A stretch of 64,000 nt of DNA. It comes from an uncultured Candidatus Saccharibacteria bacterium. GTDB lineage: Bacteria; Patescibacteriota; Doudnabacteria; UBA920. How positions within the stretch are numbered: position 1 is the first letter of the stretch; every line of letters begins with the position of its first letter. The notes below the pieces were generated by a model, which saw only the letters and a program-made list of their open reading frames with translations, had not been told where the DNA came from and did not search any database. Positions 7,068 to 17,500 of this stretch are shown here, one piece after another. Made by a program: the position numbers and the translations under genes. Where the stretch lies: contig CAZVXT010000002.1 of NCBI GenBank assembly GCA_964631145.1, positions 1,140 through 65,139 of the forward strand, in the 5' to 3' direction.

Positions 7068-8876
7068 ATGAAAAATCAAAATTCATTCAAAAATAAAGAT
7101 ATTTTAAGTGGCGGTTTTACGATAATTGAAGTCGTTATTGGAATCGGTATCCTTATAATTTTACTTGTAGGAGTTTTGGGTGCATATAATTCTTTAACTC
7201 GTTCAACCTTAGGGGCAAGACAGCAGGCAATTATAACTTCATTAGCTGCTCAGAATAGTGAAATTATCAGGAATATGTCATACAGTTCTGTAGGGACTAT
7301 TAACGGTAACCCTAATGGAGTTTTGTCGGATTATAGCAATCCAACTAATGTTACGATTGAAGGTACGGTATATTCAACATATTATGAGGTGGCATATATA
7401 GATGACCCTGCTGATGGTACAATTTTGGCTGGAACAGATCCTGCTCCAAATGACTACAAACAAATAAAGATGTTTGTAAAGAATAATTCTACAAATGTAA
7501 TAACTCCTTTTATTACTAATGTTGCCCCAGCGGGATTAGAAGGACTTAATAATGCAGGGGCTTTAGTTATTAATGTTTTGGATTCTAACGGGCAAGCAGT
7601 TGCTAATGCAAATATTCATATCCAAAGTGTTGGAATATCTCCAGCAATTATTTTGGATCGTCAATCTGATTTAACTGGCAATTGGGTTGAAGTAGGGCTA
7701 CCGGCAGGAGCTAATGCCTATAATATCACTGTGACAAAAAATGGTTATTCTACTGATAAAACATACCCAATTACCTTAGGTAATCCTAATCCTACTAAAC
7801 CAGATTCAACAGTTGTCAATGGTCAGATAACTCAAATCAGCTTTGCTATAGATACGTTGGGTAATTTGACAATAAAGACTTTAAATCAAACTTGCCAGGC
7901 GATTAATGGAATAAATTTGAACGTTGCCGGATCAAAAATTATTGGTAGTACACCAACAGTTTTGAAATATAGCAATAATTTTACTTCATCATCCGGACAA
8001 GTTGCGTTAAATAATATTGAATGGGATACTTATACACCCACTTTATTAACTGGTCAAAGTTATATGGTTTATGGCTCATCGCCAATCCAGCAAATTACTG
8101 TTTTACCAAGTGCTTCCCAAACTTTTTCTCTAATATTAGGACCGGTGTCTACAAATAGTTTGCTAGTAATTGTAAAAGATTCGGCTACGAAGACTGCTTT
8201 AGAAGGAGCTTCGGTGAGATTGACTAATAGTAGTCCTAGCTACGATCAATCTAAAGTAACCGGCGGTAGTATTTGGCAGCAAACAGACTGGACAGGTGGT
8301 TTAGGTCAAGATAATTTTACCGATTCTACAAAGTACAAAACTCAAGATACTAATATTACCACTACTGGGGTGCCTAATGCATTGCGTCTTCAGCAGCTTA
8401 GTGGAAATTATGTTGCAAGTGGTTGGTTAGAATCGTCCAGTTTTGATACTGGTGCCTCAAGTAATTATACAACTATATCTTGGTCACCAGCATCACAAGT
8501 GGCAGGGGCAGTTGTTAAGTTCCAATTAGCTAGTAATAATGATAATACTACATGGAGCTATAAAGGTCCTGACGGAACCTCAGGTTCTTATTATACAATT
8601 GCGGGATCAAATATTGCTGCAGTTCACGACGGTGATCGTTATATTCGTTATAAGGTTTATCTATCAACTTCAGATACTACTAAGACACCTGTGTTAACAA
8701 GTATGGTGATAAATTATGTTTCTGGATGTTTTACTCCAGGACAAGTTATGTTTCCAAGCTTAACAGCTAATAATAATTATTCTGTTAATATTTCTTTACC
8801 TGGATACCAGGATAAAACAGTTAATAATTTAAATATTTCTGGAAATCAAACATTAGAAGTATTGCTTTCACAATGA
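7068..8876 (+). CDS. Large type IV pilin-like / pseudopilin protein with a prepilin-type N-terminus.
   Basis: The N-terminus is 'LSGG|FTIIEVVIGIGILIILLVGVLG': a class III signal, Gly followed by F at +1, Glu at +5, and a hydrophobic helix. It has 602 aa and is Thr/Ser/Asn-rich. Confidence 0.6.
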   Translation: MKNQNSFKNKDILSGGFTIIEVVIGIGILIILLVGVLGAYNSLTRSTLGARQQAIITSLAAQNSEIIRNMSYSSVGTINGNPNGVLSDYSNPTNVTIEGTVYSTYYEVAYIDDPADGTILAGTDPAPNDYKQIKMFVKNNSTNVITPFITNVAPAGLEGLNNAGALVINVLDSNGQAVANANIHIQSVGISPAIILDRQSDLTGNWVEVGLPAGANAYNITVTKNGYSTDKTYPITLGNPNPTKPDSTVVNGQITQISFAIDTLGNLTIKTLNQTCQAINGINLNVAGSKIIGSTPTVLKYSNNFTSSSGQVALNNIEWDTYTPTLLTGQSYMVYGSSPIQQITVLPSASQTFSLILGPVSTNSLLVIVKDSATKTALEGASVRLTNSSPSYDQSKVTGGSIWQQTDWTGGLGQDNFTDSTKYKTQDTNITTTGVPNALRLQQLSGNYVASGWLESSSFDTGASSNYTTISWSPASQVAGAVVKFQLASNNDNTTWSYKGPDGTSGSYYTIAGSNIAAVHDGDRYIRYKVYLSTSDTTKTPVLTSMVINYVSGCFTPGQVMFPSLTANNNYSVNISLPGYQDKTVNNLNISGNQTLEVLLSQ

Positions 8877-9505
8877 TAAAAAATAAAACTCGGCAAATAT
8901 TTAACAAAGGGTTTACTTTAATCGATGTGGTTATATCGGTTGCAATTTTTACTATGATTATTTCGGGAATCATTGCATTAACCTCATCGATATTAGTTGA
9001 TAGTAGTCGTCAAGCCATGACCTTATCTAATTCTGATCAGTCTCGTAAGTTAAGCTTTCAGATTATGCAAGAACTACGAAACGCTAACTATGGCAATGAT
9101 GGTTCTTATCCAATAGCTGGTGCTGATGATCAACAATTAATATTTTTTAGCAATATTGATAGTGATGTGCAAGTAGAGCGTATAAGATATTATTTATCTA
9201 ACGGAAAACTATATAGAGGGGTTGTAGAGCCAACAGGAACTCCACCAACTTATAATACAGCAAATGAAGTTTCTAGAGTTGTACAAAATGATGTAGCAAA
9301 CGGAAGTGTCCCTATATTTTATTATTATCCAGATACATACACTGGTACTGGTAGTGCGTTATCACAGCCTGTCAACTATACAAAAGTGAAATTAATAACT
9401 TTAAATTTACGTGTTTATACCAAAGTGGCAAAAAGCGCTTCGGATTATTTTACAATTCAAGCAAGTACAGCAATACGTAGTTTGAAAAGCAATATAGGAA
9501 GCTAA
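8873..9505 (+). CDS. Pilin-like (minor pilin / pseudopilin) protein.
   Basis: 'NKG|FTLIDVVISVAIFTMIISGIIAL' is a prepilin-like N-terminus with an acidic residue at +5 (D). It overlaps the upstream gene by 4 nt. Confidence 0.55.
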   Translation: MIKNKTRQIFNKGFTLIDVVISVAIFTMIISGIIALTSSILVDSSRQAMTLSNSDQSRKLSFQIMQELRNANYGNDGSYPIAGADDQQLIFFSNIDSDVQVERIRYYLSNGKLYRGVVEPTGTPPTYNTANEVSRVVQNDVANGSVPIFYYYPDTYTGTGSALSQPVNYTKVKLITLNLRVYTKVAKSASDYFTIQASTAIRSLKSNIGS

Positions 9506-10926
9506 TGAATATATTATTAAGCAAAAAATTTAAGCAAAATGGTTCTATTATAGTTTTTGAAGTGTTAATTATCTTTGTGTTTTCTGTAGTGATGCTGGCG
9601 GTAATGGCTATGGCAGCAGGGCAATTTAGAATTTTACGTTCGACTGCAGTTAAAGAACAAGCTTTTCAGATAGCCGAATCTGGTATTAATTATTACCAAT
9701 GGCATTTGGCTCATTTTCCTAATGACTTTAAAGATGGTACTGGGGCTGCTCCTTCTAATCAAACTAATTTTACAAACCCTTGTTATTTGCATTCTTATCA
9801 AGACAAAGATACTAACGCAACAATTGGTTACTATTGTTTAGAAATTACACCACCATTAGTAGGATCTACTATAGTTACTATTAAATCCACTGCTTATGCG
9901 GTATCTAATCCAAAAATTAAAAGAGTTATCACTTCAAGATATGGAATTCCATCTTTGGCTAAATATTCATTCTTAACTAATAGTGATGTCTGGATAGGTA
10001 ATACAGAATCTGTAGTTGGTGCTATGCATTCGAACGGAGGTATAAGATTTGATGGCTCATCAACCGGACCTACAACATCTGCTAAAACCACTTACACATG
10101 TCAGTCTTACCATGGGTGTAGTCCGGCTAGCACTAAAGCCGGGATATGGGGGAATGCTAACCAGGCAACTAAAAATTTGTGGTCTTATCCAGTGCCTAAT
10201 GTTGACTTTTCTGCTATGACTTCCAACTTAGCTTCTTTAAAAACTTCTGCTCAAAATGGGGGTTTGTACTTAGCTCCCTCTAATGCTCAAGGCTATTCTT
10301 TAGTATTTAATTCAAATGGAACTATCTCTGTTTATAAAGTAACTTCATTACGATCTACACCTACAGGTTATGATGTAAATAATGTTGCTCATAATGAAGA
10401 TTTGGATTATAACGCTCGTACCTTACTTTCTCAGGCTAGTATTCCAAGTAATGGAGTAATTTATATCGAAGATCAGGTCTGGGTGGAAGGAACCGTTGCA
10501 GGTCGTGCTATAGTCGCAGCCGCAAAATTGCCATACAATAGTTCTACTGCACCAAGTATTATAATTCCAAATAATATTAATTATACTGTTAAAGATGGTA
10601 CTGTATCGTTAGGATTGTTGGCTCAAAATAATATTTTAGTAAGTTATTATTCGCCCAATATTTTAAATATTGACGCTGCTTTAATTGCACAAAATGGCAG
10701 TGTGCAAAGATTTTACTATGCTAATGATGTGAAAACATCACTTACCACATATGGTACAGTTGCAAGTTATGGAACTTGGACATGGAATTGGTCCAGCGGT
10801 AATTCTATAGTTTCTGGTTATCAGTCTACTGTGACGACTTATGATTCTAATTTGTTGTACGCTCCACCTCCAAGTTTTCCTTTAGCTTCTAGTAGTTATC
10901 AGCAAATTAGTTGGGTTAGTAATTAA
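9505..10926 (+). CDS. Pilin-like large protein with an atypical prepilin N-terminus.
   Basis: 'QNGSIIVFEVLIIFVFSVVMLAVMAMAAGQ' is a G-hydrophobic-E pattern with the Glu at +6 rather than +5. It is translationally coupled to the previous gene by a 1-nt overlap. Confidence 0.45.
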   Translation: MNILLSKKFKQNGSIIVFEVLIIFVFSVVMLAVMAMAAGQFRILRSTAVKEQAFQIAESGINYYQWHLAHFPNDFKDGTGAAPSNQTNFTNPCYLHSYQDKDTNATIGYYCLEITPPLVGSTIVTIKSTAYAVSNPKIKRVITSRYGIPSLAKYSFLTNSDVWIGNTESVVGAMHSNGGIRFDGSSTGPTTSAKTTYTCQSYHGCSPASTKAGIWGNANQATKNLWSYPVPNVDFSAMTSNLASLKTSAQNGGLYLAPSNAQGYSLVFNSNGTISVYKVTSLRSTPTGYDVNNVAHNEDLDYNARTLLSQASIPSNGVIYIEDQVWVEGTVAGRAIVAAAKLPYNSSTAPSIIIPNNINYTVKDGTVSLGLLAQNNILVSYYSPNILNIDAALIAQNGSVQRFYYANDVKTSLTTYGTVASYGTWTWNWSSGNSIVSGYQSTVTTYDSNLLYAPPPSFPLASSSYQQISWVSN

Positions 10927-10931
10927 AATAT

Positions 10932-11318
10932 ATGAACAAAATTATCAGTTTAGCATTTGTTATTTTTATGTTCCCGAGCATAGCGTACGCTACGGCAAGA
11001 GTGCCAAGTGGACAAATGCCAAATTTACCACCATTGCAACAAATTGATTTTGGGGTGCAACCTAATTACAGTAATAATATTCAAACTGAGGATCAGGCTG
11101 AACAAAACTCTAGTACACAAACCCATTCTACAGAACAGTCATTTGATAAGCAAAATTTAGACAATGAAGGGGTGGCTGATGTCAAACAAGTGGTTGTGCC
11201 CAAAACAGAAACAAGTTCTCATAATTGGTTGACCTATTTAATTATACTCTTTTTATTAATGATTATAGGATTGGCTACCTTTTTGGTTTTTAAAAACTAT
11301 TCTAAAAATATTAAATAA
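10932..11318 (+). CDS. Secreted protein with a Sec signal peptide and a C-terminal TM anchor followed by a basic tail; pilus-cluster associated.
   Basis: The N-terminus is 'IISLAFVIFMFPSIAYA'. The C-terminus is 'WLTYLIILFLLMIIGLATFLVFKNYSKNIK'. Confidence 0.5.
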   Translation: MNKIISLAFVIFMFPSIAYATARVPSGQMPNLPPLQQIDFGVQPNYSNNIQTEDQAEQNSSTQTHSTEQSFDKQNLDNEGVADVKQVVVPKTETSSHNWLTYLIILFLLMIIGLATFLVFKNYSKNIK

Positions 11319-11358
11319 GTCTACTATAGAAACCATTTTATTAGTCAACTTATAAGTT

Positions 11359-11655
11359 ATGGTAATTATCAAGTTAAAATTTTATAAAATTATAATGCTA
11401 AGTTTGATATTTGTTGCAGGGCAATTATGGTTAAAACCTGTTTTAGCAGATAGTTCAGATAATATTCGATCACAACAAGCAAGTAGAGTGATAATAGATG
11501 AGACTGTAACTTCTCAACAGCAAGATGGCTCAACTAATATTGCAACTTTAATTTTTTCTGTGATTGGATCTTTGGGTTTGTTTGGCATTGCCTTTTTGGC
11601 AATTAGAAGTTTTTATAATAATTCTAAGCAGAATAAAAAACCAAATGATAATTAA
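11359..11655 (+). CDS. Small secreted protein with a C-terminal TM anchor and basic tail.
   Basis: A signal peptide is followed by 'LADSSD...', and the C-terminus is 'IATLIFSVIGSLGLFGIAFLAIRSFYNNSKQNKK'. Confidence 0.45.
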   Translation: MVIIKLKFYKIIMLSLIFVAGQLWLKPVLADSSDNIRSQQASRVIIDETVTSQQQDGSTNIATLIFSVIGSLGLFGIAFLAIRSFYNNSKQNKKPNDN

Positions 11656-12934
11656 GAACTTTATTCAATTAGCTACAACACCTGTCAGAAAGCAGGCTTT
11701 GTTAATTGCAGAAGCTGGATTAGAGGCAATTAACACGACCAGAATAATGCAAAGAGATTTTTCTTACGATGCTAAATCGGACACTTTGTATATTAAAGGA
11801 CAAAAGTTTGATTTATCAAAGTATAAGAGAGTTTTAGTAGTTGGCGGTGGTAAAGTGGTTGCAGAAGCTGCTGTGATTATCGAACAACAATTGGGTAGTA
11901 GATTGTCTGCGGGGTTGGTAATAGACTTAGTTGCTAGCAAGACTTCTATTATACAAGGCAGAATTGGCACTCATCCTTTGCCAAGTTCGGCAAATGTCTC
12001 CGCAACTCAAGAGATGATTTCTATGCTCTCGGAGTGCACGGAAAATGATTTGGTAATAGCAGTAATTGCGGGTGGTGGTAGTAGTTTGATGTGTGCTCCC
12101 GCAGAAATAACTTTAGATGAAGAGCGCCAGTTAACCAAAACTTTAATGCATAGCGGCGCAAGCATTATAGAAATTAATACTGTTCGGAAGCATATGAGTT
12201 TGATAAAAGGTGGTGGTTTGGCTAAGTTTGCCCATCCAGCTACAGTCATTGGTTTGATATTTAGCGACGTGCCTGGGGATGATTTAACAGAAGTGGCAAG
12301 TGGACCAACTTTTAAAGACGATTCGACTATAAATGACGCCATGGCAATATTGCAAAAATATAGTATTTTGCAAAAATGCAGTATGGATAGTTGTGGCTTA
12401 ACAGAAAGTCCAAAAGCTAGTCACTATTTTGATAAAGTTACTAATATTATGTTTTGTTCTGCCAAAGATGCTTTAAATGCAATGGTGGAGAAGTCAAAAA
12501 ATTTGGGATTGAAACCACGAATATGGCAAACCGCTTTTGAAGGCGAAGCTTCAGTCTTAGCTAAAACTATTTTGGATCAAGCAAAGCCAGGAGAATGTTT
12601 GCTTGCCGCTGGTGAAAGCGTAGTAACCATACCACCAGATGCAGTAGGGGGCAGTGGGGGGCGTAATCAAGAAATGGCTTTGTCGGCAATGACTTACATT
12701 GATGATAATGCGGTGTTTGCCGCGATAGCCTCTGATGGACATGATAATAGCGATGTTGCTGGGGCGATAGTAGATCTGCATACCAAGCGTCTAGCTCGAA
12801 AAACCGGAGTTAATGTGCAAGAATATCTAAAGAGGCACGATGAATATCAGCTAATGCTAGATTTATCTGCCAGCTTAGTTACTGGTTTGACCGGATCCAA
12901 TGTTTCAGATTTTATAATTTGTATTAAAGAATAA
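11645..12934 (+). CDS. Glycerate 2-kinase (MOFRL family).
   Basis: 'VLVVGGGKVVAEAA' and the C-terminal 'GGSGGRNQEMALSA' signature are characteristic of the MOFRL/DUF4147 glycerate kinase family. The start was chosen at ATG 11645 to avoid a 90-nt overlap with the upstream gene; the track starts at 11564. Confidence 0.65.
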   Translation: MIIKNFIQLATTPVRKQALLIAEAGLEAINTTRIMQRDFSYDAKSDTLYIKGQKFDLSKYKRVLVVGGGKVVAEAAVIIEQQLGSRLSAGLVIDLVASKTSIIQGRIGTHPLPSSANVSATQEMISMLSECTENDLVIAVIAGGGSSLMCAPAEITLDEERQLTKTLMHSGASIIEINTVRKHMSLIKGGGLAKFAHPATVIGLIFSDVPGDDLTEVASGPTFKDDSTINDAMAILQKYSILQKCSMDSCGLTESPKASHYFDKVTNIMFCSAKDALNAMVEKSKNLGLKPRIWQTAFEGEASVLAKTILDQAKPGECLLAAGESVVTIPPDAVGGSGGRNQEMALSAMTYIDDNAVFAAIASDGHDNSDVAGAIVDLHTKRLARKTGVNVQEYLKRHDEYQLMLDLSASLVTGLTGSNVSDFIICIKE

Positions 12935-12937
12935 TCT

Positions 12938-13900
12938 ATGAATATTACAACTTACGAGCTTTCTAAAGCTGATAATCTTTTTCTTAAAAATAATTTAAAA
13001 GGATCTGTTCTTCGTACTAATCAAAATGCTCTTATTAAATTAATTAAGCCAGATTTGTGGTCTGAAGGATTAATTGTTCATAGTGGCTCTCGAATTGGAC
13101 TTGATGTGCTTAAAAACTTACCTAATTTAAAATTCATATTAACCAGAACAGCTGGGGTTGATCATATCGATGAAAAAGCTTGTCAAAAATTAGGAATAAA
13201 GTTATTACATTTACCTGGTCAAAACGCACGCTCTGTAGCAGAGTTTGCAATGGGTTTGATTTTGACCACTTCTCGTCAGATCTTTGCCTCAGCAGCAGCT
13301 TTAAAAAAGCAATTAAAATTTCCAAAAGCAGTATATTACGGACATGAACTGCAAGGTAAGACTTTGGGTGTTGTGGGCACTGGTGCGATAGGAAAGAATC
13401 TTATTACTATCGCAAAGCTTGGCTTTGGTATGAATGTTATTGCTTTTGATGTTATGCAAGACAAGCAGGCAGAAAAAGACTTGGGTTTTGAGTACGTTAC
13501 ATTACCTGATTTGCAATCACAAGCAGACATAATTAGCTTGCATGCTCCATTAACCAAGCAAACTGCTGGTATGGTAAATGATGCATTTATTAATGCTTGC
13601 AAAAATGGATTGATTTTAATTAACACCGCCCGCGGCGGTTTGGTTAAAAGCTCTGCTATATTGAAGGCATTGCAATCCAAGAAAATGATTGGTTATGGTA
13701 CCGATGTTTTTGGAGAAGAATGTGGTCTTCGAGGACAAAAAATCACAGCTGCACAAAAAGCTCAGTTAGCTTTAGATAAAAAGTTGATCCGCCACCCTCT
13801 TGTTGTTGCTACTCCTCATATGGCGCATGCGACTGTTGACTCTAATGACCGCATAAATCAGCAAACAGTCAGCTTAATTTTAGATATAATTAAAAGCTAA
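12938..13900 (+). CDS. D-isomer-specific 2-hydroxyacid dehydrogenase (hydroxypyruvate/glycerate dehydrogenase-like).
   Basis: Contains the NAD-binding motif 'GKTLGVVGTGAIGKNL', 'DIISLHAPLTKQTAGMVN', and catalytic-region motifs of the D-2-hydroxyacid dehydrogenase family. Confidence 0.8.
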   Translation: MNITTYELSKADNLFLKNNLKGSVLRTNQNALIKLIKPDLWSEGLIVHSGSRIGLDVLKNLPNLKFILTRTAGVDHIDEKACQKLGIKLLHLPGQNARSVAEFAMGLILTTSRQIFASAAALKKQLKFPKAVYYGHELQGKTLGVVGTGAIGKNLITIAKLGFGMNVIAFDVMQDKQAEKDLGFEYVTLPDLQSQADIISLHAPLTKQTAGMVNDAFINACKNGLILINTARGGLVKSSAILKALQSKKMIGYGTDVFGEECGLRGQKITAAQKAQLALDKKLIRHPLVVATPHMAHATVDSNDRINQQTVSLILDIIKS

Positions 13901-14060
13901 GTTTTGCATATATCTTAACAATGCCCACAATAAATTAATACTCTAAAATATTTTTGTGGATAAGGCTTGTCGTACAATATTTAAGGCGCTTAAACTTTAA
14001 TGTTTAAGTGCTTTTTACTTTATTGAGTTCTACTATATCTAGCGTTATAATTTTAATAGT

Positions 14061-14076
14061 CACACTATATTTGGTG
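14061..14076 (+). promoter_or_regulatory. Candidate NrdR box (16-bp palindrome) ~25 nt upstream of nrdR.
   Basis: cACACTATATTTGGTGg matches the published NrdR-box consensus acaCwAtATaTwGtgt. Confidence 0.4.
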
Positions 14077-14100
14077 GCTGACAATATTAATAAAAATAAA

Positions 14101-14547
14101 ATGAAGTGCCCAAAATGCCTAAATTCGGACACAAAAGTTGTGGACTCTCGTCCTGTAGAAGACTTTGGAGCAATTCGTAGGCGTAGAGAATGCGAAAAAT
14201 GCGGTTTTAGATTTTCCACTTACGAACAAATCGAAATTTTAGATTTATCAGTACAAAAACGAAATGGCACCTGTCAGCCATATTCTAGAGATAAATTAGA
14301 AAGAGGTTTGCGAAGAGCTTTTCAAAAGCGAAATATAACAGATTTTATGTTTCGCAAAACAATCTCCGAAATAGAACAGGAAATTCAAAAGAAGTCTGGT
14401 TCTGGTCAAATCGCTAGTGATATTATAGGCGATATTGTAATGAAGACTATTAGGAAAGTAGATAAGGTGGCTTATATTAGGTTTGCCAGCGTTTATAGAC
14501 AATTTGAAGATATTGAAGAATTTAAACAGGCATTGTCTAAGTTATAA
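14101..14547 (+). CDS. nrdR: Transcriptional repressor NrdR.
   Basis: Contains the 'MKCPKCLNSDTKVVDSRPVEDFGAIRRRRECEKCGFRFSTYE' zinc ribbon followed by an ATP-cone. The start was set at MKCP (ATG 14101). Confidence 0.85.
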   Translation: MKCPKCLNSDTKVVDSRPVEDFGAIRRRRECEKCGFRFSTYEQIEILDLSVQKRNGTCQPYSRDKLERGLRRAFQKRNITDFMFRKTISEIEQEIQKKSGSGQIASDIIGDIVMKTIRKVDKVAYIRFASVYRQFEDIEEFKQALSKL

Positions 14548-14587
14548 TCTAATCAATTTAAAGAATTATTATTAAAAACCAAAATAC

Positions 14588-17500
14588 ATGTTTTATACCA
14601 AGCATACTCAAATCAAGAAGCGTAGCGGCGACGTTGTATCATTTGACCCTCAAAAAATTTATATTGCTGTCAGTAGAGCATATCAAGCTGTAACTAAACA
14701 AGAAAACCAACCTCTGTATCAAGAGGTAACCTTGGCTGTGTTATTAGAACTGGATCAAAATTATGCAGATAGATTGCCTAGTGTTGAAGATATTCAAAAT
14801 ATAGTAGAAAAGGAACTTATGGCAAAAGGCTTGTTCGATGTCGCGAAAGACTATATTATTTATCGCTACGAGCATGCTAAGCAGCGCGAAGAAAAAAAGA
14901 TTGAAACTCTAGAAAAATTAGTAACCATTGGTCTAACCATTACAAAGCGTAATGGCAATAAAGAAGTATTTTCTTCTGACAAGGTCCGCAAAACTTTAAG
15001 CCACTTTATCGGTGGTTATGAAAAAGAAATTGATTTAGACGCTGTTGTTACTCAGCTTGGTATGGAAATTTATGATGATATTACTACTGCCGAAATCGAA
15101 CGCGCTTTAATAATGGTGCTTCGCTCTTATGCCGAGCTAGACCCTGCGTATTCTTATGTTGCTGCAAGGGCTTTACTAAACAGAGCTTATAAGCAAGTTA
15201 TTGGTTTTGATAAAATTGACTTTAATAATTTGGATAATCAATTGCGCGATCAGCTTAAATTGAGTATTCAAAACGGTGTTGCTATTGGTAAACTTGATCC
15301 AAAATTGCTGCTTTTTGATATTGATAGATTGGCTGCTGCACTAAACCGTGAACGCGATAATTACCATACTTACTTAAGCGCTCAAACATTAATTGATCGT
15401 TACTTTATTTCTAATCCTGTAACTAAAGACTTGTATGAAGTGCCACAGTTGTTTTGGATGCGTGTAGCAATGGGATTGTCTTTAAATGAAGCAAATAAAG
15501 AAGAAGCTGCTATCCAATTTTATAGCATTATGTCTACTTTGCATTTTGTTCCATCTACCCCAACTTTATTTCATGCAGGAACTACTAGACCACAGCTTTC
15601 ATCTTGTTATTTAACAACCATTGAAGATTCTTTAGATCATATTTTTAAGTCTATTAGTGACAATGCACAGTTATCTAAGTGGAGTGGTGGTATTGGCAAT
15701 GACTGGACCAAAGTACGCGGTACTGGATCTTTGATTAAAGGTACAGGCGTAGAAAGTCAGGGTACTATTCCATTTTTGAAAATTGCTAACGATACTACAG
15801 TTGCAATTAACCGTAGCGGTAAGCGCCGTGGTGCAACTTGTGCTTACATGGAAACTTGGCACTATGACATTGAAGACTTTTTAGAACTTCGTAAAAACAC
15901 TGGAGACGAACGTCGCCGTACTCACGATATGAATACTGCTAATTGGGTGCCAGATTTATTTATCAAGCGTGTAAAGAGCGATGGCATGTGGACTTTATTT
16001 AGTCCTGACGAAACTCCAGATTTGCATGAACTTTATGGACAGGCATTTGAACGTCGTTACGAAGCTTACGAGCAAATGGTTGATGAAGGAAAGATTCGTA
16101 CTTTCAAGCGTATGCCGGCTAAAGATTTGTGGCGCAAAATGCTAACAATGCTTTTCGAAACTGGTCATCCATGGATTACTTTTAAAGACCCTTCTAATGT
16201 CCGCAGTCCTCAAGACCATTGTGGTGTGGTGCATAGCTCTAATTTGTGTACAGAAATTACACTTAATACTTCTGCGGAAGAAACTGCAGTTTGTAATTTA
16301 GGTTCTGTTAACTTGGCAAAGCATATTACCGGCGGTAAATTAGACATGGCGCGTTTACAATACACTGTTGCCACTGCAATGCGTATGCTTGATAATGTTA
16401 TTGACCTTAATTTTTATCCAACTATAGAAGCTCGTAATTCTAACATGAAGCACCGCCCTGTAGGTTTGGGTGTTATGGGCTTTCATGATGCGCTTTATAT
16501 GCAAGGTATTAATTTTGACAGCGAAGCGATGCTAGAATTTGCAGATCGTTGTGGTGAAGCTGTGGCTTATTATTCTATTTTGGGATCTTCTCAATTAGCT
16601 GCAGAACGTGGGAGTTATGCATCATTCCGTGGCAGTAAGTGGGATAGAGGATTGTTGCCATTGGATACTTTAGACTTGTATGAAAAAGAACGTGGTGTCC
16701 CAATTGATGTACCTCGCACTTCAACACTAGATTGGAGTATTGTCAGAGAATCTATTGCTAAATATGGTATGCGTAATTCTAACTGTATGGCGATTGCTCC
16801 AACAGCAACTATTTCTAATATTGCAGGAAGTATTCCTTCTATCGAGCCTATTTATAAAAATATTTATGTTAAGGCTAATCAAAGCGGAGATTTTATTGTT
16901 GTAAATGAATATTTAATTAATGATATGAAAGCTGCTGGTTTATGGAATCCTCAAATGCTTGCCATGCTTAAATATAATGATGGTAATTTGGCGGCTATCC
17001 CGGATATACCTCAGGAGCTTCGAGATAAATATAAAGAAGTGTTTCAAATAGACCCTCGTTGGTTGGTTAAAGCTGCTGCTTACCGCGGTAAGTGGATTGA
17101 CCAAAGCCAATCACTTAACATCTTTTATGGTGGCAAGAGTGGTAAGGATATTAATGATATTTACTTGTACGCTTGGGATATGGGCGTGAAAACTACTTAT
17201 TACTTGCGTACCATGGCGGCAAGCCAAGTAGAAAAGTCTACGGTTAATACTTCCGAATTTGGTAATACTCATTTACGCGGACAAAATATAGAAGTAGAAA
17301 CCATGGTTGTGACAGCTACAGAAAATTCTGCTCAAATAGTTGATGTTGTAGAAACTGTATCAGCGAGCTCTACAAATCCAGAACCTCAGATTCAAAAGAC
17401 TGTAGAAAAATATGAAGTTCCTGCTGTAACAGAGCAGCAGTCCACTGGTAATAATACTATCAAGGTAGAACCATCATTAAATGCTGGGATGGTAAATGGG

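Noticed and set aside
7068-10926. Interpreting the prepilin-like cluster as type II secretion pseudopilins.
   Set aside because: No GspD/E/F-like genes are nearby, and the proteins are very large and Ser/Thr/Asn-rich, which fits pilus-associated adhesins or minor pilins better. The assignment remains ambiguous, so I call them only 'pilin-like'.
11564-11644. Long start of the glycerate kinase overlapping the upstream gene by 90 nt.
   Set aside because: The upstream ORF has a coherent signal peptide and C-terminal anchor. The downstream ATG at 11645 gives an N-terminus typical of the family without overlap.
14008-14100. Longer NrdR start at 14008 (track ORF of 179 aa).
   Set aside because: NrdR proteins begin at the MKCP zinc ribbon. 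The extra 31 codons are hydrophobic and AT-rich, and would cover the candidate NrdR box.
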